Assembly: GCA_047495785.1 (NCBI GenBank)
Contig: JBLDXI010000001.1
Span: 3,906,001-3,970,000, forward strand
Length of the DNA stretch: 64,000 bases
Reading direction: 5' to 3'
Source of the DNA: Lepidodermella squamata
Taxonomy: Eukaryota > Animalia > Gastrotricha
The position numbers were made by a program, and so were the translations under genes. Each line of letters starts with the position of its first letter. Within the stretch, counting starts at the first letter, position 1. Of the stretch, positions 1-11,883 are shown one piece after another. The notes below the pieces were generated by a model. It worked only from the letters and a program-made list of their open reading frames with translations, searched no databases and had not been told where the DNA came from.

Positions 1-166
1 AAAGCACATGTCTAAAAGAGAGAGCATACAAATTTACGCTTCTTAACTTTTTAGAGCAAACGAATTTTTAGAGTTCTGATCTCAGATGCTACTAGTTTGT
101 ACTTGGTCAAAGCTTGATACCCTTCAGCTAAAACCTTTGGGGTGGGAATGTGATTTGCTATCTTAC

Positions 167-2467
167 CTGGTCGTAATCATCTTCCTTCTTCAAGTGGTGA
201 GCAATATAACGAATGGCTTGAACAGTTTTGTAAATCTCCCTCGTCAGCTGAACGCGATGCGGGCCCTCATCCTGGCCAGTCATGTGAAAGCGCTGCCGCA
301 AATTTGCCTTCGTCACGCCACGGTCTATGCCATTATCCTTCCAACCATATCCTTGGTCAACATTCCAGCCATACGTTGGCTGTTGAGAAGCAGGAATGGT
401 ACCGGCTGCATAGGGGTTGTAGTAGATTTCCTCTCGTTTACTTGTCGTACTGCTTCCACTAGACGAACTTCCTTCTCCGGAAGGGTAGGACATCATAAGG
501 AATTTCGGTAGGACTTGAAGGAACACCACTCTGACCCATCGTGGCATAGTGTGAGTCCTCGGAGTTCGAAAGCTCCAGTTTATGATAACGACTGTAACGA
601 CTATAGATATGATGTTGAGGATGAATGTGAACAAGAGGTAGCTGGCGATGAGCGGGATGGTTGTCGACGTAGGCGGCAGGATCTTCTGCAACAGTAGCAG
701 AAACACAACCAGGGCGAGCAAGATAGAAATGGACAGGGTCATCTTTTCGCCAGCATCTGCCGGCAGGTAGAACACGCAGATCGAGAGGAACGAGATCAGC
801 ACGCATGGGATGATCAAATTGACAGTGTAGAACAGAGTCTTGCGGCGGAGCACGATTTTGAAGTCGATTCTCGTTCGGTTTGGTTCGCCGTTTACTCCGA
901 TGATTTTGCGGTGGTACCCAGGGCAGTCGATTACGTCCCAGGTACCGCTGATTACGTAGTCACTGAGATCGACGTACTGAAAGCCATCTTCAAACTCGAG
1001 TTCGACCTGCTCGGCGTTGAAAGTCCATGAGCCGAATTTCATCTCGCACTCTTGTTGATCTGCGACAAATGCAAATTTACAGTAAGATAACATGATGAAA
1101 CCCATTTAAATGCCAGCTTCATTATTCACCCTATCAACCAAGTATTTAGCTGTAACATAAAACATAAAAGGATGGATTTGAATTTTCACCTATATGAGAG
1201 GCATAACTTGGATCTAATTTCCTTTCTAAGTCAATTTTTGGCCGACTGTTCAATGAGGCGATTGAACGCCTAAATAACCTCACTCATCGTGATTTTTCGA
1301 ATTGCGAGTTATCATTCCATCGATTTCTTTTTGATTCAAGCTGTCGACCATGTTCGAGTACGTCAATCAATTAAGAGTTCGGAGAGGGATCTAATCCGAA
1401 TTCACCCGTGATCCAATTTGAATTGTTATCTAAAAAAAGAATTTCTCTTGTTACACAGCGAATAAGACCTAACAATTTCAGACATCTATATCAACTTTCC
1501 TCCGATAGTAAAATGAGACTTTTCTATTCCCTAAGGCTTTTAGTTTTTCCTGAAAAGCCGCCTCGCGAATGGTTAGAAAGATTCTGAACTATTTACCCAA
1601 GAGTAAATTCAATCACTGCCCTTAGCATTTGGATACGGATATGAAAGATCAGTTCTATTTTCACTAACGCTTGAAGGAGAGAGCAAACAGAATACCATAG
1701 CTCGTCTCGGTTTCTAATAAGTTCTTTGAGTGAAAATTGCTTAACGAAATTTCTCTATCATGCCCCGACCCTTCAATCTTTCCACGATCCCCATTTTCGC
1801 TATGACCCCACACTTTCAACAAAAGTAACTCTAGACTATGAGTTGGACTGTCATTTGAGTGTACAACTGAGGTATTTTAAGAGTCAATCGAGGTTATCAG
1901 CAATGGAACGACAAAAATTGAATTTAACTGACCGAAAGGGAAATATTTGACGTCGATGCGGCAGCTCGATTTGTAAATAGCCGGTGGAATAAAGACGACA
2001 GTTTCCGACTCGCCATACAGCAGCACTCTCGACTTGTAAGACACCTCATACTTGCCATCCGCATTGTTGAACAGCACAATATCCGGCTGCCAAACCTTCT
2101 CCGGCGCCATTCGAATAACCGTAATATCGTCAAACTCAGTCGGGTTCCACTTGAGCTGGTAATCAGTCCAACGCATCCTGAGCCATACGTTTGATTTCAT
2201 GACTTGATTCCTCTCATCCACGGTGATGAGCTGAATAAGGGTGAGGCCGAAGCAAATTTTGATGACGTCACTAACATTTCGAGCCGGTCGAATGAGCGGA
2301 TTGTAGGAGTAAAACAGCTTGCTAACCAGTTGAACTTCCTTATCACTGGAGTCAACTGTAAAGAAATCGTTATGAATTTACGTTAAAACTGTCATCATTC
2401 GCTTACCTGAAGTCAAACTGATAGCTAAAATGGCTAATGAAATGAGGTATCGAGTGTAAAACCTCAT
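167..2467 (-). CDS. Nicotinic acetylcholine receptor non-alpha (beta1-like) subunit; last exon (TM4) not identified in the window, probably left of it
   Basis: Exons 2467-2407 (signal peptide MRFYTRYLISLAILAISLTS), 2355-1933 and 1059-167, all GT-AG. Motifs: WQPDIVLFNNADG, Cys-loop CRIDVKYFPFDQQEC, RRKTLFYTVNLIIPC, M2 GEKMTLSISILLALVVFLLL. Loop C lacks the vicinal CC, so it is a non-alpha subunit. Confidence 0.93.
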
Positions 2468-2879
2468 TTTCCCATAAAATGAGACCGATCGATCAATACA
2501 ATTCAAGTTGGCATTCTATGAAATTTTATCAAAATTTGCGTTGGCCAGGGCAGACTAGGAAAAGTTTAAATAGCGCTTAGAGCCTTTAGGCAAAGCGACC
2601 GCCGTTGGTTATTTATTGCCTTTTTTCTAGAACGATATATGGTATAGCTAATTCTATTTTCTCGGCAGTAGTACCATTCCACCGTGATGTTGGTATAGCC
2701 AGTCAGCCAGTCGCCTGGCGTAGCATAGTATAGTGAATCAAGGCGAAAAAGGGACCAGTCGATCTATATCGGAAATAAGGCTGTATGTATGTTGGGAATT
2801 CACAGAGGGGGACGGACACATACACAGACACACGCACACACAATAAGCCAAAATAATAAAAATAATACAAGGAAGAGAC

Positions 2880-3075
2880 GGCTTGGGCGCGCGCGCTAGG
2901 GAGATGAAATGAGCGCGCGCGTTTTGGCAGTTTGTTATGATTACATTTTATTAGGCGATGCCAGCGCGCGCTTAGGAGACAACAGCGCACGCGCGCGCGA
3001 CGAGCGCGTAAATTATTATTACGTTCTTTATTTCCTATTACGCATTATTAGTTTAGCGCGCTATTACGCGTATCG
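2880..3075. promoter_or_regulatory. GCGCGC-rich CpG cluster upstream of the nAChR beta subunit; probable promoter
   Basis: Many GCGCGC runs in an otherwise AT-rich intergenic region, about 400-600 bp upstream of the ATG. Confidence 0.35.
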
Positions 3076-4769
3076 CTAATAAAAATTGCCCACATTATAC
3101 CACCACGGCGCCGTTTGATATCGACGAGGAAAAAAATAACATTAGACACCCGGAAATTGCTATTTTTCAGCGACTGGTCACTTTTTTTAACAATTGACGA
3201 TTTCCGAATTCTAAATTTTGAAGATTTAAGCAGCAATTAGGATAAAGATAAATAGGATAAATGACTCCCAGTGGCATTAAGAAACTGGATTTCGAGTAGG
3301 GTTAAGAGATCAGAGATCGAGGTATAAATAGGGTCAAGTGCGGCAATTCGGACTAGAGCTAAATATGAATATGGGGAAATTCACGTCTAAAATGTGCACA
3401 GTAAGCTTGAATATTCAAAGGAAGCCGTGTACTTAGCTGAGAACAATTTTAGCCGTCATTTCAGCTAATTTTTTGGTTTTTTTTGAAGAAAAAGCGTGAA
3501 CTTAGAAAATCTCAGAAAATCATAGCCAAATCCTTACTTTAAGGTAAAAATATCCGCAACATGTCCATACTTCTGAAGTTGGAATGAACAAAAAAGATAA
3601 AAATAAAATAAAAACTCTAGCCTTATCTCGCTGATTTTCTTAATATCAAATTTATAAAAGGACTGAAATGCTCAAAATTGCCGAAGCCTATCAAATGAAT
3701 ATACTAAAAGTCGAATAATTGGCGAAATTTGGCGAGAATTGTGCGAGAGAGCGCCATTTCAATTCTGAGCCTCGACGTTTTGTGAGTTGATATTTTATTA
3801 ATTTTCTGCAATGTTTCCAGAAATTTCAGAAAATAGTTAATGCGCTGCTCAGAATCCCGCATTTTTGGGCGGGTCCTAATATTCGATATCTCGATTTGAG
3901 GAAAATAAAGGATCCAATAGGAATATTGACTCCTCATCAGCCTCAAATTCTCATTCAATACTGAAAACTACAAAAAATGCCAAACTCATTCCCCTTTCTC
4001 AAATTTCCTTAAGTCCATAATTGGGGCACAAGAGCCATTTTACAACAACTTAAAGCTTAAGTGGGGGAAACCTAACTGCCAGAAAATTTGGCACAATTGT
4101 GTGAAATTTTTCTAAAAATTTCTAAATTTCTAAATTTCTAAAAATAGTGCTCTTACTTTATGGAATCAGCTATCAGCTATCATCTGCTGCCTATTAATTG
4201 AACAGCAAGAAAGGGCAGGACCAGAATACAAGGCCGCTATACTATTTTTGGCCTTGACCCATTCACTATTATATTAACATCATCCATATTTTACGCGCTC
4301 CTTCATTACACACATTTCACTCATTATTGTTATAGCGCCGATGATTGTCAATCGAGGCGTCCAGCGCGACTAGCAAACATGATAGAAAAACGGTCGATTT
4401 GGCAATACACAGCCACGCACAAGCCAATATTTATATAATATTTGCTCACGGCTGGCTGTAAACTGGCCTCACTTAATAACGCCATTATTTTAATTCGTCG
4501 AAAATTTACTATACTCCCTCGAATTATTGCGATATATTTGTTTATGCAATAAAATCTAATTAAAAACGATGACCCCCGCGTTAAATAGCTGCCGGTTATT
4601 TATCAACTGGTCAACGGAGCGTTAATCCGATATGGTACCCAGCAAATCACATCATGTGAACTGCCGCGCTGTCGAGCAATCGAACCGAATTTAGCAGTAC
4701 TAAGTAATGATGAACGCGGCAGCAAATGAGCGTGATAATTCGATCAAATGAAACGCGTACAAAAAAGTG

Positions 4770-4781
4770 TGCGCATGCGCT
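4770..4781. promoter_or_regulatory. NRF1/Ewg-type site TGCGCATGCGC
   Basis: Matches the NRF1 consensus core GCGCATGCGC. It lies in the divergent region between the two nAChR genes, about 750 bp upstream of the alpha subunit. Confidence 0.3.
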
Positions 4782-5533
4782 GTAATAAAAATGTGACAGC
4801 GCGCACTCGGGTATAAGATAATGAGAAAAAATGTTGGGAGGTTGGTCGAATTTAACAGAATAAAATCGGCGTACAGAAGCGGCGAGAAGCAGAGACTTGA
4901 TTGCTTTACCCCTCATTCACATGCATACACGCATAATAATAAATCTCTGCCACATTTGGCTTGGTATATGGCCCACGAAAATTTTCTCCCGCAATTTATT
5001 ATCTGTAAAAATTGTTTATTTTCAAAATATTTTTACTAGATGCCAAAATCGAACAGCCGCGATTACGGTGTATATAAATTCATAAGGTGCATTTATTGTT
5101 GATTGATGTTAACGTAAACCTTTATATACGAGTGTATGCACGCGTGTGTGCGGTTCAGTTTGATGCGCAACTAATCAAGCGGAACGAGGATCATTTGTAC
5201 GGTATATGTATGTGTATTTATTAGCAAAAAGCAGCGATCGATTATTCAAGGGGCCAAAACATCAAAAATGAGCTGTTATAATTAGATGGTGGCCTGGCTA
5301 CTCTTTTCTTGATTTTGACCGCATGAGAAACCAGCGAATGGTTGTCATTTTTCGCACATTAACATGTGGTAAACATGGCGTGCCCTTTAGTCAATAGCGT
5401 GAAAAGGATTTCTTTCACTAGTTCTCGTGTCAATAATACGCAGGATCAATTTGAATTATTTATAAAATGACACCAGTCAACAATAGCCGCCAATTTGCAT
5501 TCTCAACCTTTTCATTCCCATTATAATATAGAA

Positions 5534-7553
5534 ATGGCGCGTAATTTTGTGTTATTGACGACGCTGCTAATCCTTCTCGACAATGCCTGCCTCTTTGAGG
5601 CTGCGTCCATCAAGATAATGGGCGGAGTCGACCATGGAAGCTCGTCGTCGAACCGCCACACCAACACGGACTCAAGCCACCGTCGCCAGATTGCGTCAAT
5701 TATGGGAAAACCAGGCCATCAGCGACTCCATTCGGAGCAATCCCTTCAAAGACTGATCACAGAAAAACCGGGTGCCTATCTCTATGCAATGCTGATGAGT
5801 CAGTATAACATTGATGTGTTGCCGGTCAACAGCACAAAATCGTCGGTACAAGTTCGCGTTTTGTTGAAACTGACCCAGTTGGTTGAGGTGGATGAGAAGA
5901 ATCAGATTATGACGACTAATGTGTGGCTAAGGCATGAGTGGTACGATAGTGGTCTGAAATGGAACCCGAAACAGTTTGGAGGCATCGAAACACTCTACAT
6001 TCCTGCGGATGAAATCTGGCTTCCGGATACCATCCTCTATAATAAGTACGTTCTTTTTTCAAAAGTAATCCTCGGCTGTGGGAACACTCCTTTCCTTTCC
6101 TTTCCTTTCCTTTCAAAACAACTACGCTCTTCGTTTTGTTTTTCAGCGCGGATGGAGACTACCAAATCACAATTCAGACCAAAGTTGAGGTTCGTTACGA
6201 TGGATTGGTTGTTTGGGAACCACCAGCCATTTATAAATCCTTCTGCGCTATCGATGTCGAATTTTTCCCGTACGATGCTCAACTGTGCGAAATGAAATTC
6301 GGCCCGTGGACTTTCGACGTTTCTAAAGTCGACTACTACCTCCTCAATTCTGCTGGGAACATTACTTCACATGATGAAATGGCCGTTGATATGTCTGGTA
6401 AGATCATTTAGACTAAACATTTCACTTGGGATCTTACAATTCATGTTTAGGTTTCTATGAATCTGTTGAATGGGACATCTTGAAAATTTCTGGAGCCCGC
6501 CGGGATTTTCAGTACCCATGTTGCGAGGAGAAATACGTCGATATCACCTACAACTTCACTATTCGACGCAAAACTCTGTTTTACACAATCAACCTTATCA
6601 TACCCTGTGTCAGCATTTCGTTCCTAACAGTACTCGTTTTCTACCTACCATGCCAATCAGGTGAGAAAATCGCACTCAGCATTTCGACTCTCCTATCCCT
6701 GACATGGTTCATCCTATTGCTGTCTGAAATTATCCCGCCAACTTCTGGTGCTCTTCCTTTGATGGGGAAGTATTTGCTATTCACAATGGTTCTAGTCACA
6801 ATGTCTATCGCGGTAACAGTTCTAGTCCTTTACCATCATTTCCGGCATCCTTATGCCTACGCAATGCCCTATTGGGTCCGATATGTATTCCTGGACGTTC
6901 TGCCTAAACTCATGTTCTTCCAAACAATATTCAACGACCAACAGTTACGAAACGCTGGCTCGGACGAGCAGGAAAATTTGAAGAAAACCAGCCACTGGAG
7001 TCGAAATAGCAGTATTTACAACCAACTGCTCAGAAAAAATGAGACGGATGGCTACTCAGACTCTATATTCGATTCTAGCTTGACAAACTCCACTGCTATG
7101 GGCACTCCATCACCTTCAACTTATCGCAATGGATTCCGTTGCGGGAACCGACCCGCAAGCAGCAGTGAGATGATTAGGATGAGATATGGGGCCCTTTTAT
7201 CCTGCCACGAGGAGGGCGAGTTCATTATAAAAGAGGCCATCCCGGCAATTGATCAATATATTGACCTACCCGAAGTGAAAGAAGCCATCAGATGCATCCA
7301 TTTCATCTCTCGTCGCTACAGAGCTGGTAACATTGATGCCAAGATGAAAGGCGACTGGGAGGCGGTTTCAAGAGTGTTGGATCGATTTTTCCTGATCATT
7401 TTCTCGGCGGCCTCTACCCTAGGGACTCTTGCGATCTTGCTGATGGCACCGAGCTTGTACGACCCAACTCCAGCCCTGGAAGCATCTGATCCTCGCGAAA
7501 TTGATTTGACTTTTCAGGAGGTCTTCAATTTTACTGAATCTTACAGTGGCTGA
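5534..7553 (+). CDS. Nicotinic acetylcholine receptor alpha subunit
   Basis: Exons 5534-6045, 6147-6397 and 6451-7553. Signal peptide, WLPDTILYNNADG, Cys-loop CAIDVEFFPYDAQLC, loop B Trp, loop C YPCC...Y, four TM helices, and GEK before M2 (cation-type). Confidence 0.95.
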
Positions 7554-7719
7554 ATGATGATGATCTCTATCGTATGAATTGTGCTGATTGATCTCTCAAA
7601 AAATCTGTCTATTCTGTAGTAAAATGTGTGGTGTCAAAGAAAAGTGAGAATTTTCGATCGTTGAATTTATTCCTGATAGACAACGCCTACACCTTCAGTC
7701 TAGCGTGATAACTAGGCAA

Positions 7720-9574
7720 TTAGGCTTGATCGACCTCCCAAACATGGCCGCGGATGCTGGAGCCATCGATACTTCCCTTTGAGATTTCGCGCCAGGTTAG
7801 AGCAGCCAAGAAACGGCGACCCTCCGATTTTTCGCAAGGATTAGCAGGGTAGACGATCCATTGACCGGTGTGCTGGTTGCAGTGGATATGACCCTTCTTA
7901 GCAGCCTGATAGCCGTCATTGCAAACCAATTGAGGACCAAATTTAAGGCCCCTTTGAACTTTCTCAATACGACCATTCGCGATTGTCGGAAGGGGTCCAC
8001 AAGTCTTGGCTTTTGGGGATATATTTAGATTTGAAAATAATCAGGACGGTCAACCTACCGTCCTTAACGCATTTCGCCTGAACTTGCCATTTGCCAGTTC
8101 TGTCGCAAATGAGACCGCCATTGCCTTCCTTACGGTAGCCAACGTTGCAGAGAATGTCAAATTTAGCATTAGCCTCGATCTTAGCATCGCGGCCGCGGTT
8201 CACCAGACTCCTCGGCTGGGCAAGGTAACCATTAGGAATTCGGGGCATAGCATCGTTCGAACAAGCTTTTCAACACATTCAACAAATGCTAATGAATTCA
8301 AGAAAACACTAACCAACACGTTCACAGAGTGAGCCAACAACCCAAGAGCCGTTTGAGGCGCAGTAGACGCCATTGAAGCCAACTCGATTGTGTAGATCAT
8401 CGCAGATAACCAGAGCACGAGATCCAATTGTGTTATTGACCTTGTTGTTGGCGAAAACAACTCGAGCGTTCCTGACGGTTGGCACAGATCCTGTACAGGA
8501 AACACGGACGCATCGTGAGCTGAATTCCCACTGGCCGTTATCATTGCAGCGGAGATCACTGTCAGCCTTGCCTTCGAGGCGGTAACCTTCATCGCAGGTT
8601 ACTTCGAAACTGAAACCGGATTCGATTTGAGTTGATTCTGACTTCAACTGGCGTGAGGTGTATTTGGTACCATTTCGGACCCTGAGAGCGCCATTAGGAA
8701 CATCAGGGATCTTGTTATTAGGACAAGCTGGAAAAGCGTTGATTTACTCTTCAATATAATTCCAGGAGGATATTGAATTTATAAGGGTTAACCAAACACT
8801 TTTCTCAGTATCTGAATCCACCCGAATGAAGATAACTTACTGATCCTTTCGCATCGGCTGTTGACAGACCACTTGCCATTGTTCTCGCAAACGACAGAGC
8901 CGGCCGCATGTTCTTTGAACCCCTTGTTGCAGGCGACCTTGGCACGTGCTTGAACGTTATTTAAAGCGCGACCATCAGTCCAAGTAACCTGGCCATTAGC
9001 AACGACGGGCGAGCCCTCGCAAGTGACTGGAAATACGAGTAATGATATAATCCTGAATGATGAATGATGAATGATGACAAGACTTACCTTCCTTCACGCA
9101 CTTGGTGTGAAGTGTCCATTTGCCCTTGTTGCATGTCAAACCTCCAACACCTTCGCCCTTGAAGCCCTTGTTGCAGATGACGCTGAGCTTCGAGCCATCT
9201 TCAAACATCGCAACACCAGCCGCTCTTCCCTTTCCGTTTCCAGTGGACGAAGTGCTAACCATGCCATTAGATACCTCGGGCATTTCAAGATTCGAGCAGG
9301 TTGTCCTTGGTGGTTCGCATTTCGATGCCAAGATCCATTTGCCCTCGTCACATTTCAGACCACCACTGCCAACCCGTTCGAAGCCCTCATCACAAACGAC
9401 CTCCATGCTCGAGCCGGATTCAAATTTGACGACAGAAGAACTCCGGCCGACTGGCGTTTTGGTTCGAAGCTTTCCATTAGCTATTTCAGGCATTTCGGTA
9501 TTCGTACATTCTTGACCATAGGTAACTCCGATAGTTACTAAAAGCGTTAGAACTGCTCCGTAAGAAACTATCAT
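7720..9574 (-). CDS. Secreted protein with 7 sushi/CCP (SCR) domains
   Basis: Exons 9574-9088, 9026-8841, 8727-8314, 8265-8059 and 8009-7720, all with phase-1 introns. Signal peptide MIVSYGAVLTLLVTIGVTYG. Seven C..P...NG...C..G(F/Y).....C..G.W....C modules. No TM helix. Confidence 0.88.
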
Positions 9575-9703
9575 TTTTCCAGAATTGATCTCAAACACTA
9601 AATGGTGGTGACTATGAACTACGCCTTTTCAACAGCTCTACCCTGCGTGATACGCATCAGAAATTACAAAGACTCGACACGGCGTGATGAAAATAAATTT
9701 TAT

Positions 9704-10773
9704 TCAAAATTCAGAGAATTTGTTGCAACAGATGTAGGGCAGTACGCGCCAGTCATAGGTATAAGCCTGGCGGCGGGTGTACTCTTCTTCAGAACAGATT
9801 TCTCGGCCTGAAGTTTCGGCGAATTTCTTGAACATCACCAGGAGTTCTTCCCGCGTATGGGAGTGTGAGATCAGATAGCTATTTCGACATCCTCGGGAAA
9901 TGTATTCGGCGTTAAATCGCTTATCATGAATTCTTTTGACCTTCAATGAACTCAGCCAGAATCCTATGTTGGTATCTTCGTTGATGAATACTCTAAGTAG
10001 ATCAGCATTCCTTCCGATATAATTGACGGAGGCATAAGACAGGATATATCCACCTCCTCCGGCGTACTATAAGGAAAGACGAATGGTTATTTAAAAATAC
10101 AGTTTGCATAAAAAATTACCGGTTGGTATGTATCACAGTCATTCCAGTCTGGATCAGCCCACTTTCCAGTTTTGTAAATCATTTGAGATCCCATGAAGTA
10201 ACCGAGGTAGACATATGTCTCATTCTTAACATCATCCTCCTGAAGTCGCTCGACCAAAGATGCGACGTGAAAAAATGAGTCCGTATCAGTTTTCAGCAGA
10301 TATTCAAATTCCTCTCCGTTTTGCTCTGAGACCAATTGTGAATAAGCTTTCAACATCTTAGCTGCCAGATTTTCATAGCTATCAATGACTTCATTGAGTA
10401 AAAGAAGATCGTTGTAGACTTGAGATTCGTTTTCCAATTCTAGATTGAGTTCTGCAGACAAATCTTTGGTACCGATGACGAAGTAATGTCTCACCGTCTT
10501 GTCGGCTATTCTATGAAGTTGAGCCTCGGTAATCACTTCTCGATAGTTGAGCCAAGCCTTGCGGACTTGATTTCGACCGATCACATCTTCAGGAGCTGAT
10601 GGAATAACAATCAGTAAAAAGGTCTTTGAAGGCTTTGCTTTGAAGCTGAAACTGCAGTTGTTCCCGCTGGAACAGCACGATATGACGATGGCTGATACGG
10701 CGAGGACAAAGGCCCATCGATTAGCGAGAAAGTATTCGATGCATTTTTGACCGAGATTACGCAAGTTGAACAT
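9704..10773 (-). CDS. B3GALT6: Beta-1,3-galactosyltransferase 6 (GT31, GAG linker galactosyltransferase II)
   Basis: Exons 10773-10120 and 10066-9704. Type II TM anchor, KTDTD (DxD), PYAGGGGY, ED motif, HDKRFNAEYISRGC and C-terminal YTYDW..P..CC, all characteristic of B3GALT6. Confidence 0.88.
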
Positions 10774-10888
10774 CCAGTCCTTATCTATTGAGGTTTTATC
10801 GTTCTAAAGATGATAAGAAGTCAGCTTAATTGTAAAACAATCTTGGTAAAAAATTAATTAGCTCAGTAGGTTTTTACAAAACAGATAA
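10774..10888. promoter_or_regulatory. Very short bidirectional promoter/spacer with GATA motifs
   Basis: 115 bp between the divergent ATGs of B3GALT6 and the TDH-like gene. WGATAA matches at about 10781 (minus), 10811 and 10883. Confidence 0.5.
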
Positions 10889-11883
10889 ATGTCTCCTAAA
10901 ATTCTAGTAACAGGTAAGAGTCCTTTTTCAGCAATAAAACTTTACAGCAATGTTTTACAGGAGGGAATGGGATGCTGGGGAGTTTTTTGGTAAGGATCCT
11001 ACGCCAAAAATATGGTCAAGACAACGTCGTAGCCGCCGATATCCGCCGGGAAGGGGCCAGTCCTGTCTCAGACCCCTTCGAGTTTTGCGATGTCTGTAAG
11101 ATTGACCAACTGGATAAAGTGGTTGGTGACCACAAAATCGAGTGGGTCATCAACATGTGCGCAATCCTTAGCGTAGCAGGCGAGAATAACCCGCAATTGG
11201 CGATCCAAGTCAACATGGTCGGTTTTCAAAACTTAATGGAAGTTGCAAGGAAGTATAAACTACGGGTCTTCAGTCCGTCCGCCACTGCAGCTTTTGGACC
11301 ATCTACTCCTAAAGAAATGACGCCTGATTTGACCATCATGAGACCGACTAATATCTACGGAGTAACCAAGGTCCATAACGAATTGGTCGGGGAGTATTAT
11401 CACCACAAGTATGGGGTCGATTTCCGCTGCCTTCGATTCCCGTCAATCATAACTGATGAAGGGGAAGGTCGAGGTAGGGTCATTGATTATATTGTTGAAA
11501 TCTTCGTCCAAGCCCTGACGACTGGAAGCTACACATGTGACGTGGCTGAAGATGCTAGGCTTCCTTTCCTCTACTTACAAGACTGCATCGAAGGGACAGT
11601 TAAATTCATGGAAGCCCCTGCTGAGTTGCTGAAACAGCGGACATATAATATTACGGCGCTAAGTATTACGCCCGGTGAGATCGCAAAGCAGATTTTGCGA
11701 CATATCCCAAATTTCAAGATTGACTACGCCCCTGATCCGGTTAAAATGGCTATCATCAATACACTGCCGGTTTCTTTCGATGATTCAAATGCTCGTAGAG
11801 ACTGGCATTGGTCACCTAAATATGGTCTGGAGGAAGTTGTTGACGAAATGATCGCACGACTGAAAGTTAAACTAGGCAAGTAG
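10889..11883 (+). CDS. TDH: L-threonine 3-dehydrogenase-like extended SDR (no mitochondrial presequence, altered substrate pocket)
   Basis: Exon 10889-10913 (MSPKILVTG), 47-nt intron, exon 10961-11883. GGNGMLG Rossmann motif, IYGVTK (YxxxK), GEYYHHKYGVDFRCLRFP, FDDSNARRDW. Confidence 0.8.

Noticed and set aside
4110-4145. Short tandem repeats (TTTCTAAA)n; also (TGAATGA)n at ~9054, (GACCA)n at ~53420 and TGACTATTC x2 at ~27081
   Set aside because: Ordinary microsatellite-scale slippage with no spacer structure, so not CRISPR-like.
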